Origin: Owenia fusiformis
Taxonomy: Eukaryota
DNA: 64,000 nucleotides
Direction of reading: 5' to 3'
NCBI GenBank assembly: GCA_903813345.2
Contig: CAIIXF020000001.1
Location: forward strand, 30,752,001 to 30,816,000
Each line of letters starts with the position of its first letter. Position 1 is the stretch's first letter. The position numbers and the translations under genes were made by a program. Shown piece by piece: positions 13,001-27,100 of this stretch. Under the pieces are notes generated by a model. That model worked only from the letters and a program-made list of their open reading frames with translations, was not told the origin of the DNA and made no database searches.

Positions 13001-14015
13001 CACGAGGGAAAGTGTACCCGTGTATATACAATCTACCGCCGAGCAAAGACCCGAAGATGTCTGAAAATGTAGGGGATAAGTTAATAAACTCCTGTTTTAT
13101 ATTGAATTTCTCAATATGAGAAATAGATAAAACACAGAATTGTTTGTAACCGATATAATTGTTGTTCCAGGCACTCATGTTTAAAGAATAATGAGTACTT
13201 AATGCAATATTTACTATCAAATCGCTAAATTCAACTCTAAATATTTTCTAAAATGTCCAAAGTTTACCAGTTATGCTCATTCGATCTCGATATTGAATAA
13301 AATACGATATCAGTAGAAAGCTACTAAAATGAAAAAAGATTGACCAGTAGAGATTAGGAACATGACACATATTCATTTTTATCCATAAACATGGATATTA
13401 ATTGATTTAAATGCAATTCATTCGCTCTCAAGTTTGACTAAAATATCAGTACAACGGCTCCTAAAATGAAGAAAGATCATATTCATAATTGATTTAAACG
13501 CAATTCCGCGCTTTTCCTATCCTCCAATGTTGATAGCCTAATTTCTGTTTTGTCAGTCTGGGTCAAAATGTTACAATAGTATTAATAACGAGTAACCCTT
13601 CTTATAAAGGCAATTAAATCAAGGTTCGAAAACTCCCAAAAGTAACACTAGCACTATTTCATCATCAGCATGTCATAGACTCGACGATATAATCGGATCT
13701 CAACAGATTTACTCAAGTAATGTTCGGATTCTGAGATCATTTACTCAAGATATTTTCGGATCTTTGTAATATTACTCGTCGATCACATCGGGTCCGATGT
13801 CCGATAACATCGGATCTTTTAGGACAAAGTTTATGTGAAGATTTTGCTGTTCAAAAGTCCTATTTTGACCTAATATTTTGACACTTAATATATTATACAT
13901 ATGACATACATTTACAGGCCCAAGTATGTCGTATGTATGGCTCATTGTCAATTAAAGCTAGTATGAATGAGAAAAACGGTAGGTTGTATATACACGGGTA
14001 CACTTTCCCCTCGTG
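13001..14015. mobile_element. MITE with CAC...GTG termini, ~38-bp TIR and 5-bp TSD
   Basis: AATTC|CACGAGGGAAAGTGTACCCGTGTATATACAATCTACCG ... CGGTAGGTTGTATATACACGGGTACACTTTCCCCTCGTG|AATTC. Confidence 0.85.
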
Positions 14016-14464
14016 AATTCAATATCTAAAGAGACTATTTTTAACCTCTGAAAATACAGAATTTAACACAAAGCATTTCATTTTCTCACAATAAGAGATA
14101 TCACATTTTATTGCATACATTCATATTCAACCTTGCCTTTAATAATGATGTTTAATTTACACTGGAATGTTAAAGGCCTAACTAGAACAAGAGCAACTCC
14201 CCAGAGTAGCATAATTATCTCCGAGAAAAAAACAAGGCATTAACATAGGCGAATGATGAACACCAACCATCACTGCCGAACACCATACACAAAAAAGAGT
14301 AGAATATTGATATGCAACCTTCATGCCTTGGTCACATTTGCTCCAATTTTCTCAACGGCACCCGACAGATTGAGTATTTTGTTCAAAATTGAATACAATA
14401 TTGAACAAAACACTCAATCGGGCGGGCGCCGGCAGATGGATCGGAGCAAATGTGACCAACGCAT

Positions 14465-15036
14465 TAGTCTGTATACAAGCATTATTATACAAAGCAACAA
14501 TAAAAAGGAAATTATATGATAAAAAATAAAAGCTTGAACAATACATATGATCTAGGATGAATCCAAGTAATTTGGCTGAAATAGGGATTTGCTCAAATTC
14601 AAAAGAATATAAAATGGGTACAAAATTGACGTTGGTATTGCACTACATATATTAACTACAGGGTGACCATAAATAATGAATATATTTTAACATAGGCGAA
14701 TGCCGAATGCTGAACACCAACCATCGACTGCCAAACGGCATACATAAAAAAGTTGGAGACTAACTTCTGTTGGTGACATAAAAACTTTATCCAACCAGTG
14801 CAATACTAAGTGGAATATTGATATGCAACCTTTAGTCTGTATACAAAGCAACAATAAAAATGAAATTATATGATAAAAAATAAAAGCGTGAACGATACAT
14901 ATGATCTAGGATGAATCCTAGTAATTTGGCTGAAATAGGGATTTGCTCAAATTCAAAAGAATAAAATGGGTACAAAATTTACGTTGGTATTGCACTACAT
15001 ATGTTAACTACAGGGTGACCATAAATAATGAATATA
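14465..15036. repeat. Local direct duplication (~210-bp block repeated ~365 bp apart) downstream of DUF389 stop
   Basis: TTAGTCTGTATACA...CAGGGTGACCATAAATAATGAATATA at ~14465-14685 and again ~14832-15036. Confidence 0.7.
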
Positions 15037-15151
15037 CTGTATTTGATACATTGAAAATATTCAACAAATGTATGTAAAATATACTATCACACGCATGTAT
15101 CAGGGTATTTATAAATTTGAATGTTCACATAAACAGGTTTCAAGCAATTCA

Positions 15152-18100
15152 TTATATGACATCAGACTCATTGAATCCAGTCTCCTCATCACCAGAAACC
15201 AACAATCGCTCAGATTCCATTTTATGGATGATATCTGCTTCAAGGTTCCTCCCTTCATCTAAGACAGTTTTAGTATCTTGGGGAGCTACAGGCCTGAGTT
15301 TACGAGACACAGGTTCCTGGGGGTCTTTAACAGGCATCACAGCAAATTTATCACTTACTACAGTCACATTAGGCGATTTCTGTCCAGGCCTCGCGCTGGA
15401 TTTATGAGATTTCTTACGCAGCTTTATTTTACCCTGAGTAACTAGTTCATTTTCGGCAACTTTTGTCACTTTGAACCTGTATTTTTTCTTCGCATGTGTA
15501 TTCCCAGGAATATTGAGTCTCAGTGTTTTATGACCTTTGTGTGGCATTGAGAGTGCTGTTTTATATTTCTCCTCACTTGTAAGAGATTCATTACTCAAAC
15601 TGGTTAGGTGTTTTTCAGGTGACCATGTAACACGTTTTTTAAGTCCATCATGATTGTGGGAGAGAATATCATTAGCCTCAGGGTATGAGCGGGCCTCAAA
15701 GTAGACAGTCCTTGGATGGCTGGTATGAGGAGTGGAAGGAGACAGTTCAGAGGGGAACTGGCTCAGTGTAAAATGTACATGTGGGTCACTATCTTCATCT
15801 AGAGACACATCATCATCTATATAGGGGAGATCTGCACTAAGGTTTCTGGCAAGAGGCTGAAGTGAATAAGGACACACAATGATGAATTGCAAAACATGCA
15901 GCTAATGTGCTGGATGGGTGAAATGCAAAAATATGAAAGGACATACAATTAAATCAAAGGTCGCAATTGAATGGACATGACTCTCAATCTGTATCAAATG
16001 GGACTTTTCTATCAAATTATATTATACTATTATATATTTAGCGATTAATTTTACAAGATGCTTGATCACTAAATCTGAGTTTAGGAGTATTTTTCGTTTA
16101 TCTGCCTTGGTCTGCCAAACTGGTAACTACATTCTGACACCAGGGTTATTTATTGAAAATGTTTCCTTTTCATGAAAAAAAATTATTTTCTATAATAGTA
16201 TGAATATACAACAGGCCTTAAAGTACGCATATGATGAAGAACTTCTTACTGGTGGTTTTGCCATTTCACTGAGGACTCCCTGGTATGTCTCACTTCTCTC
16301 AATACCCTAAAAATACAAACATTTATTTGTTTACATATATTATATCCAGAACATTTCAGTAAAATGATGACCTTGACCTATGGAAATGAAGATTGTATTT
16401 CACAGTTCAGAAATGATTTGAATTAGTAGAAAAGTGAGGTTTACAAGTACATGTACAATGGTTTTTACACCTGTCATTTTATACTTGCCTTGTACATATC
16501 TCTAAATTCACGTGCAATTTCCTTAGAAGCTTCACCCTTTAATGTCTTGCCTTGTTTCAACTGAGCTTCTCTCATATCCTGAAATATAAAACATATATAC
16601 AAATCTGCTAATGACTGGGGTTTTGTGTATCTTGGAGCAATCTAATTAAGAGAATTTACTATTTAAGACTTTTTGCGAATTCTTAATTTGGAATAATTGA
16701 GAATTCGCAAAACAGTCATATAGCAACTTCTCTTAATTAGATTGCTCCAAGATACATACAATATTATTCTGCCTCCCAGAAAATTGGCTTTGAATTAATT
16801 AAGTAAATTTTTGTGATACACCATATTAAAACAAGTGCCAAATCAACATATTATTGTAAATTTTACTGATAAAACTGGTGACAAGGTCTATTGAAAATCC
16901 ATACAGTATACAGAAGTCCAGACAAAAATTGAATTTGCCTGGAAAAAATGATATAGTGTGCCAGAATTTTTAATTGGACCCATTACTTGGTTTGATTGAT
17001 TTTCCATATTCTCAAACTTTCAACGGATCACAAATCTGCCAGATGCCAGTCCATTATTTCATTGTTTTATAAATACTTGACAGGATATTTCATGGCACTA
17101 GGAGAAGTATATTATTAAATTGCTTACTGTCCATTCTTTCAAAAATCTTCTCCCCAAATCTACAGAATCTGAGCCCTTTGTTGTTTTATAGGAATCTCTG
17201 GCAATCTAAATTAAAAAGATTATAAGACTATAAATATATCATACAGTATGAAAATTGATTGCAGGAACAGTCATGAATCTAAAGACAAATATTGTCTCAA
17301 AACTTAAGCTTAGCTCAATCACTCATTATTTTTGAATTTACCCAAATAACTTACAGACTTAAGCAGCTTCGATGTAACTGAACTAGAAGATTGATTTGAC
17401 TATTTGAACATAATTTCTTTAATCTGTATTGTTTTCAAATACATGATTAAATGTAACACTTTTATTTCTTTACCTTGATATCTTTCTTCCAGAAAATGTC
17501 AGTTGCTGAGGTTGCTGTGTGAGGGGCAACTTCTTTGATCTATAAATGAAACAAATATAGTTAATATAAGCACCACGACACCCAATTCAAAATGAAATGG
17601 AATCTCAAAAGAAATGACTTCCAACTATGTATATTTTTTGTATAAGCAACTCCAAAATATTTTTCCTTAGACTAAAATATTCAGTTTAAGAATATATTTT
17701 TAGATGCTCCAAATTCTAATGGTTATTTCCAAATTGTTATTTTCTAAGCTCTGTTTTTGCTTGGAAACATGTTAAAAGGTTCATTTCTCATCTCCACAAA
17801 TGTAAAGATCAATTTTTTTATAATTTTATAAGTTCTGCTTGTTATCATTTTCCGCCAGAAAAGTATTTGTAATTTTGTGACTCACCTTTAGTACCACATA
17901 GCTCATCAGGAATATGAAGAAGATATTAAGAGCTGTTAAAAGAAGGCTTATAAAGCCCATGATTGCAGTCTCTGCTGCCATGCTGCACATATACACAGGT
18001 TTGTATGCATTGTTTACATATGGTGAGCATGGAGGGCTCAATGGTAAAGCTGCATTCGTGTCATTGTCTGTCTCATTGAAATACAGTCCTGTGGCTCTGG

Positions 18101-21100
18101 GGGTAGGTGTTGCAATTGAATGCTGCAATTGAACATTTGTATAAGTGTTAAGGAATTACTGATTTATGACATCTAAAATTCACAAATCAGATCATGTTTT
18201 ACAGCATTCAATTGGGAAGAAGTCAAAAACATTATATTCAAAATAAATTCAACAATGTCCATTTTGAATCTGAGAATCATCGTCGATGGTACTTTAGTAA
18301 TCATGTTATGTATAATACAATGCACATTAATCATCTGGAGATGATCATGTCATGTATAATAAAATGCACATTAATTATCTGGAGATGATCATGTCATGTA
18401 TAATACAATGCACATTAATTATCTGGAGATGATCATGTCATGCATAATAGAATGCACATTAATTATCTGGAGATGATCATGTCATGCATAATACAATGCA
18501 CATTAATTATCTGGAGATGATCATGTCATGTATAATACAATGCACATTAATTATCTGGAGATGATCATGTCATGCATAATACAATGCACATTAATTATTT
18601 GGAGATGATCATGTCATGTATAATAGAATGCACATTAATTATCTGGAGATGATCATGTCATGTATAATAGAATGCACATTAATTATCTGGAGATGATCAT
18701 GTCATGTATAATACAATGCACATTAATTATCTGGAGATGATCATGTCATGTATAATACAATGCACATTAATTATCTGGAGATGATCATGTCATGCATAAT
18801 ACAATGCACATTAATTATCTGGAGATGATCATGTCATGTATAATACAATGCACATTAATTATCTGGAGATGATCATGTCATGTATAACACAATGCACATT
18901 AATTATTTGGAGATGATTGAATGTATGCTGAATAAGAAATGGAAACTCCAAGCAACTACTCACATGTGTGTCTAGAGGGTGAGCAGCAGCTATCACAGAG
19001 TAAGCCAAAAGCATTCCCTGTAATACAAGAAAAAATAGTGTTCATCAATCCATGTACACATTGGTGTTTATTAGATTTTCCTCAATGATTAATCATTGAA
19101 CCATAATTTTTTATATAGTTTACACTAGGAAAGAGCTAGTTTTAAAGGTTTTAACGGATGCTAAGCCAATATGGTTAAATAAAGGCTCAGAGGGGAACTC
19201 ACAGAATTGACAACAGGTGGGAGCAGAGAAGCTGATATGGCAACACCCACAAGGGGTCCAGCATTTCCACCAAGTATGGACAATGCTACACCAGCCCCTG
19301 AGGCTATGGCAATAAAGACACCCACAACCAGACTGCGAGCCATTCCTCTAGATAAAACATCAGAACATATAATATGTAGTATAAATAGAGGATATCCTAT
19401 GGTTTATGAGTGATATGATTTTTATCCACGAATGGATATGATATCTGCACGAGTGAGCATAGCGAGAGAGTGCAGATATCAATATTCATGAGTGGATTAA
19501 AATCATATCACGAGTAAACCATAGGATGTTCTATTTATTTCATAGTTAAAGTCTTCATCAGAATCGTCGGAAATTTAAGTGATTTAATTCGAATTTTCAA
19601 AACGATCCGGCGATGTAGAGATTTAGCCTCGTTTTGAGTCTGAAGTAACAAAAATCCATAATTCATAGCATACAGTGCAGAGGCCTCATTATCCGGTCAG
19701 CGCTAAATTAGCGTTGCGATTTGCGTTGCGCTTGCGAATCAACATTATTCGCAAGCGCAAATCATGGTTTGCGTCGTATTACGCGCTTCACGCAAACGCA
19801 GACGCAACGCAGACGCAACAGTATGCTAATCGCAAATAAATTGGAAACGCGGGAAATTTAAACTTAGGATTTTGCCCCATTGATGTATACTGGGCTTTAA
19901 CATTGCGTGGGACCTCGTGGGACCTATTGGGATTTTGCTCCATGAGGTCCGTGGGGCTTCATTGGACTCTGATTTTGCCCCATCTTGCCTCATCGAGTCC
20001 CATGAGGTCACATGAGGTACCGCGTGGGACCAGGTGGGATTCGATGGGGCAAAATTCGACGTATTCCAATGGGCCAAGGTGGGATTTGATGGGACTCCGT
20101 AGGTCTTGATTGGGCATGATGGGGACTCAATGGGGCAAAGTCATCAAGTTCCCATGGAACACCGTCGTTATTTGATGGGAAAGTTGGAACTCAATGGGGC
20201 AAGTGGGATTTTTGCCCCATTGGTGTATACTTGACTTAATATATTAGCCCGGTCAGAAACACGCTGAAACACGCCCAAGTATGGTATAATTAGTTTTATC
20301 CATTTAAATCTCAAGGATGTAAAAATATTTATCCCATACTTGGACGTGTTATAGGTACATAAAGCTGGTTTGTAAACACTTTTATTCCATACTTAGTAGT
20401 GTTATAGGTATATAACATGCGGGAATATAACTGATATGTGACGTGAGCAGGAGATATATATATCTCCCGCTCAGCAGATCTACGACGTCATAAATTCAGG
20501 GAGTAGATACTGAGCCAGGGGACTTTGCTATTATTCCTCACAATCTACTAAGTATAGAATAAATCAGTTATTAAATGCTCGATTTTTGATACAGGGTATA
20601 TCCCTCGGTAAATACAATATATCAACCCTCGGTCCCTACGGTCCCTACGGTCCCTACGGTCCCTACGGTCCCTCGGGTTGATATATTGTATTTCCCTCAG
20701 ATATACCCTGTATCAAAAACCTCCCATTAAATAACCTCTATATATTTTCATCAGCGGTCAGATATACCTATACGTCCCGCTCTGAGCGGGCAGATATATA
20801 TCTGCCCGCTGACGTCATAATCGCCGTTCGCATATTGGTTCATTTTTGTAACATGCGCATAATTACTGTAAACGTTAATGGAGAAAAGGCAGACAATCGC
20901 GATCTGTTTGAAGGAAGGAAATGAGCGTATCCCTGTTAAACAAGGATTTCAGAAATAAATGTGGATGAATATCTGAAAATCAGGCTATTCTAAATGAATT
21001 CTTACGGTTGGTTGGACATTTTCTGAACTCCGGCCAATTGAACAGCGTGAACAAAATGACCAAGATTGGTATGGGATAAACAGATCATCCTATAGTTCAA

Positions 21101-24100
21101 TATCCTGAACCTCATATAGGATAATCTCTATTTATCCCATGATACTACTAATTCCCGATGAATAACCGGGAATATTTTTGATATTGAGAAAAAATCGTAT
21201 TGAAAATTTTTGCCAAACAAAGCTTCCTCTTTCAATCAATTGGGTCGATATAGCATGCTAAAATGATGTTCTTATGTGAAAAACGAATTCCAGTTTTATC
21301 ATCATCGCTCTGACACAGACAAAAATGCTTACGTATTGCTGAATGTTTTGATGTTGATGTGTTTATGTTACACATGTACAATAATTTTTTTATATTTAAA
21401 AATATCATAAAGCTAAGTCATATTTTCTTGATTAAATATATCATTTTTTCATAGAAAAATCTAACTAATGATTTTATGAAGACAGTTATGAATATCATGG
21501 AATAAAAAGCTAATTTACTGGTCGGGATTAAATATGGGTTTATTCCTCATGACAATTTGACATTTCACATATTGTGAGGGACAATTTGGTATTTCCCTCT
21601 GACCCTCCTGGCTCTCGGTAAATATCATATTGTCCATCATAATAAAACCCATATTGAATCCCTCCCACTACATAACCTATATATATCTTGCGAAAATCTA
21701 GATCTGTCACTGGAAGGCAGCCCATCTTGAAAACAAGACACGATATTTGCGAAATGGAATTGCGATATTTATTATAGATTTCACAAAACCAAGGTAGCAT
21801 AATCGTGCACTTTCAGACTTGATTTTGATAAGTTTTGGTTATTTGTGTCTCTAATGTTTTTCACCTATTTTTAGTTGGATGTCTCAAAGGGCACTTCCTA
21901 GATTTCTACAACGATAATGTTAATTTAAATAGGAAAACTATCAAGATTCTTGATGATATGTTTGCGATTTATATTGCGGCAGGGTCAGGGATGCCGCAAA
22001 TAAAGTGGAGTTTGCGACATAAAAATCAACTGATTTACGTGGACGCAACTGTGCGATGACTGCATAATACCAATTTGCGTGCGGTTAGCAGTGTATTTGC
22101 GATGCGAAATGAAAATAGCGATGCGTCTACCGTGTAATAAGAAAACTGCGATTTGCGCTAAAGACGCAAAACGGCAATGAATTTGCGCTAGAGTGCCTTT
22201 GAGATGACCTCATAATATCGTTTTGCGTACGATTCGCTAAATATTTACGTTGCGATTGCGATTTGCGGTGCGTCGACCGGATAATGAGGCCTCTGCGCCG
22301 TATGTCATGGCTTAAACACCGTATGCCATGGTTAAGTGAAAATCTGTCAAAAATATCATATTTTACCACTGATTACAAAAATACCGTTTTTATTTTGACA
22401 TGTTATCCCATGGATATCATGCTAACTATGGAATAAATTAAAATATGTTCAGTGGCAGAATCTGTCATACATAAAGTGAAAGGGTGTTAAAAAGGCCTTT
22501 GTTTAGGCATGGGCTTTCAAGAGTCTCTTTTTTATTTTTAAAAAATTTATTAAAAATGATTGTTTACAAATTCAATATAATTTTTAAAAGATGTTTTCCC
22601 ACAGCAACATGCCATATTGTATTGTGTCATGGAAAAAATAATGAAAACATAGCAAGCCATTTGACTCAACATTTTATATTGTTAGTACCTCAGTGTAAAT
22701 ATGCATCTGATTGGTCAATTAGCTGTCAACATTTTTGCCTGTTCCCCATCTGTGCATCATGGGATATCATATTGACCGCGTATGTTACTGTACTACACTT
22801 GTGAATTATGGGGAATATGACGTCATAATGTTTACAGAAAAAACATGGTAGACGGACATTTTGTAAGCGTTGATGAAAGTGATATTTTGACTTTACTAGA
22901 CAACAAGAATAGAGAGTTTAGCTACTGTCTTCAGATTTTCTTAAAAAATGAATTATTGCTGCCGTGGTTCAGAGAAAAGATTGAAAATGAAGCCATCATT
23001 GATGATTGTTGTCTATATGTGTATTATTATTTTTTCTGACTAACAAAACAATTGTAGACCTCTCCATTCGTTCAACCGTCAAAATCATATACCCCGACTG
23101 TGAACCTTGATACTACTGTTGACCTCGACCTTCGACCTCTGTCAACAGTAGTTTCTCGGTTTACAGTCTCGGTGTACAATTTTGCCGGTTGACCTCTGGA
23201 GACCTCTGGAGAGGTCAACAATTGTATACTGTACATACATTTACATCTTTAAAAGGTAGTTCTCCATTTATTGAGCCCTTCTGTATAATCCAATGTCATA
23301 CCTGCTTTTCATTTCATTTGTGGGCCATTCTGCTGAGGCTCCAGAATTTGCACCATTCATATTGATCAAACCAAAGATGAAGCCTATCAAAATACCTGAA
23401 ACAAAGATACATTTGCAAGGTTTCATTCCACTTCTCTGATATAGAGCTTGTTCAAACAATTACAAGAATATGAATAATTTTGAAGTACAGTCTAAATGCA
23501 TAATCATGGTCACACAAATATGAAAGTGGGGAAGATCCATTAAATCCTTGGGTGAGACTGTAAAAACTTCGAAGTGACTCCTGACTGTCCAATGGACTTC
23601 TCTTTATTATGGTACATTGATAACATTGATAATACACTAGCACACTCTTACCTAATACAAAGCATATCCCAAGGCCTACTGCTTCAGATTTCAATCCCTG
23701 GTTACGAAGTTTAATATTGCCTATTGCATGGCCAAATGTCCCAGCCATGATTGGTCCCATGAGGGGAGAGATGAGCATACTGGCGACCAACACAACAGAA
23801 CTATCCTCAAACAAACCTAAAGCAGCTATAATACTGCAAAATGAAAATTCAGTGAAGTGAAGCATACTGTAAAATAGGTGTATTAAACCAGAACAACGGC
23901 AACGCCAAAGCGTAGCGAATCCCATCGAACAGAAATGGCTGGCATTTTTACAAACGAAGCGCAAATATCATAAAACAACACACCAGAAAGGCCACCATTT
24001 TGAAAATGGTTGCTCACTAGCCAAGTTGTCATCAGAAGAAATAATATGCTTTTAAGTAGCCACCTCTAAAATTTTTGAAAAATCGCAAACGTACTTGTAA

Positions 24101-27100
24101 AATAACACACATAAAAATGGTGGCCATTTTTCAAAATGGCCGACTACTCCCCAAAGTTTTATTAGACAATGTGCCATGCTTAAGGAATTCACATATCAAA
24201 TATGAATAAAAATGCTCCACTACTTTTCGAGTTATAGTAAAATACGTTAAAATGGCGGCCATTTTTCAAAATTGTTTTCAAAATGGCCGCCTTCTACCAA
24301 AAGTGTCATAGGACAGTGTGCCATGCTTATAGTATTCACATACCAAATATGAACAAAATCGCTCCACTACTTTTCGAGTTATAGTAAAATACGTTAAAAT
24401 GGCGGCCATTTTGAAAAATGGCGGCCTTCTACCAAAAGTGTCTTTAGACAGTGTGCAATGCTTATTGTATTCACACACCAAATAACAAAATCGCTCCACT
24501 ATTTTTTGAGTTACAGCAAAAATCGTAAAATGACGAGTAAAGGCCGCCATTTTTCAAGATGGCTGCCATGTGCTTTTTAATATCTACATTTGTAGCATTA
24601 TTAATGTCCTTTATAATTTTTTTACATTTAAAACATATTGCTATTACAGTTTTACATATTGCACCTAAATTACTGTAAAATCGTGACTAAAATGGCCGCC
24701 ATTTTGAAATGAGCGGCCATTTTGAAAATCGGCTTTCGAGCAGAACTTGTACTCCCATAGGATATATGTGTACAAAATATGAACAAAATCGGGCCAACGG
24801 TATTTGAGTTATTGCCCGGACGGACGGACAGACGGACGGACGGACGTACTTACGGACGGACAGACGGACGGACGGACAGACGGACGGAGGCGTTCCCTAT
24901 ATCCCTCCGAACTTCGTTCGATGGGATAATAAAGGTTTATTGTGTAGATCTGTGGTATCTATAGACAATGAAATAAGTTGATATAGTGGCATTCTTGAAG
25001 GAAAAAAAACTTTCAAAAAGCGAATTAATTGGGAATGCTTGGAAAATAATATTGCTATAAAAGTATGGACTTGTGCATAATCACATATGATGCATTTTAT
25101 CTGACCAAACATGGAAGTACATCCAGACACAGGATATTTCTATCTGCCTTACCCTGAAGCCCAAGTAATATCTCATTCATTTACTATGGTTTGGTACACA
25201 AAATTCTTTGGACAGCTCATGTATGAAGATATTATATACATACCTGGCTATTACTACCAATGTAATATAGTCAAAGGTGAGCAATGCTTGGGACCTAACA
25301 CCATCAACAACCTTGAAAACAACAGGACTGGTAATATATAATATAGAATATGTTATAGAGGGGATGATAAATTTGCATACTTTTCAATATTTCAACCAGT
25401 ACATGTTTCCTCCCACAACATATACTACTCATCATGTACCGTATCATAAAGACGGTAATTGAACTTTATTATGTCTAGCAAAGAGGCATTCATGCAATGT
25501 TACGAGGCAAATATATGATTAAAATTATTTTTTTAAAATCTCAATCTAGGATTCTCCCTTAAATCTTGCAAGAATGAATCATTGCTATATCTGCTTTACT
25601 GTAAGGCGTATATGATAACACAATCTAGGATTTCCCTTAATTTGCAAGAACAAATCATTGCTATACCTGTTTTACAGTAAGGCGTGATTTGATAGACTTC
25701 TTGAATTCATTTTTCTGTTGTTCATTAGGAGCATCTAGTTCAGAATCATCCTCATCTGTATCTTCTGTATCAGAATCTAACTCTACGGACTCTGAATGAA
25801 TAGGAATAGGCAAAACACTGAAATAAAAACATTCATACTTTTAAAAAAAAATGTTGTTTGAAGATACTTGGATACATCATTATTAAATTGCATTAATATA
25901 TAGGGTGGGCCAAAAAAGAAGAGCAAAAACCTCTTCCTCATGAAAACACATATTTCTATGGTCTAATTGATGTAATACCATGATGTTATACATCAAATTA
26001 TGGGGAATTAAATTATTCACAATGGTATATCATATATTGCATAATGTAACTTTCTTCATTCATTTTCAATTTGTGTATTGTTTTGTTACACCAACATGGT
26101 ATCTGATAGTCTTGCTTCAAGACCCTGGACCCCCCCCCCCTTATTTACTTGAACAACAACTATTGTAAAAGTAGGGTTCAGGCTCTCGAAGCAAGACAAG
26201 GTAATTGCTGGTTTTGGCTGGAATTTACATAAAAATGTGAAGGGAAAAGGATTTACCATTTGGAAAGGTCAACAATTTTTTACCAATATTTCTTTAAAAA
26301 AGTTTAGTTTCTCAAAGATCTCATTGACCTCACCTGACAGAAGAGTTGGATGTTTTTATCCCAATACCATAAATGGCTAGTTTGTCGAGTATCAGTTCAC
26401 ATCTCTCCCCAGAGTCCTCTATGAATGTCACCTGAAACATAATGCATTTTGTGAATTTTACATCAAAGGGGCCCCGGATGGTTTTGTGTTTTTTTTATGG
26501 TTGTGTAAATTGGATTTGTCTTTGTTAGGGATAACTATACATGTCATGATATAGGGAGAAAATCAATAAACTCAAGTTACATGTATTCACATTATTTCCA
26601 AAGTACATCTCAAAGATTTTATTACAAGTTTCCCTTTCAATCATTTAAAAATGGAGATGCTGATAGATGACGCATGTCACAATGGAGATGCTGATAGATG
26701 ACGCATATAACAATGGTGATGCTGATACATGACACATATAACAATGGTGATGCTGATACATGACACATATAACAATGGAGATGCTGATAGATGATGCATA
26801 TAACAAAGGTGATGCTGATACATGACACATATAACAATGGTGATGCTGATACATGACACATATAACAATGGAGATGCTGATAGATGACGCATGTAACAAT
26901 GGGGATGCTGATAGATGACGCATATAACAATGGTGATGCTGATACATGACACATATAACAATGGTGATGCTGATACATGACACATATAACAATGGAGATG
27001 CTGATATATGAGGCATATAACAATGGTGATGCTGATACATGACACATATAACAATGGTGATGCTGATACATGACACATATAACAATGGTGATGCTGATAC

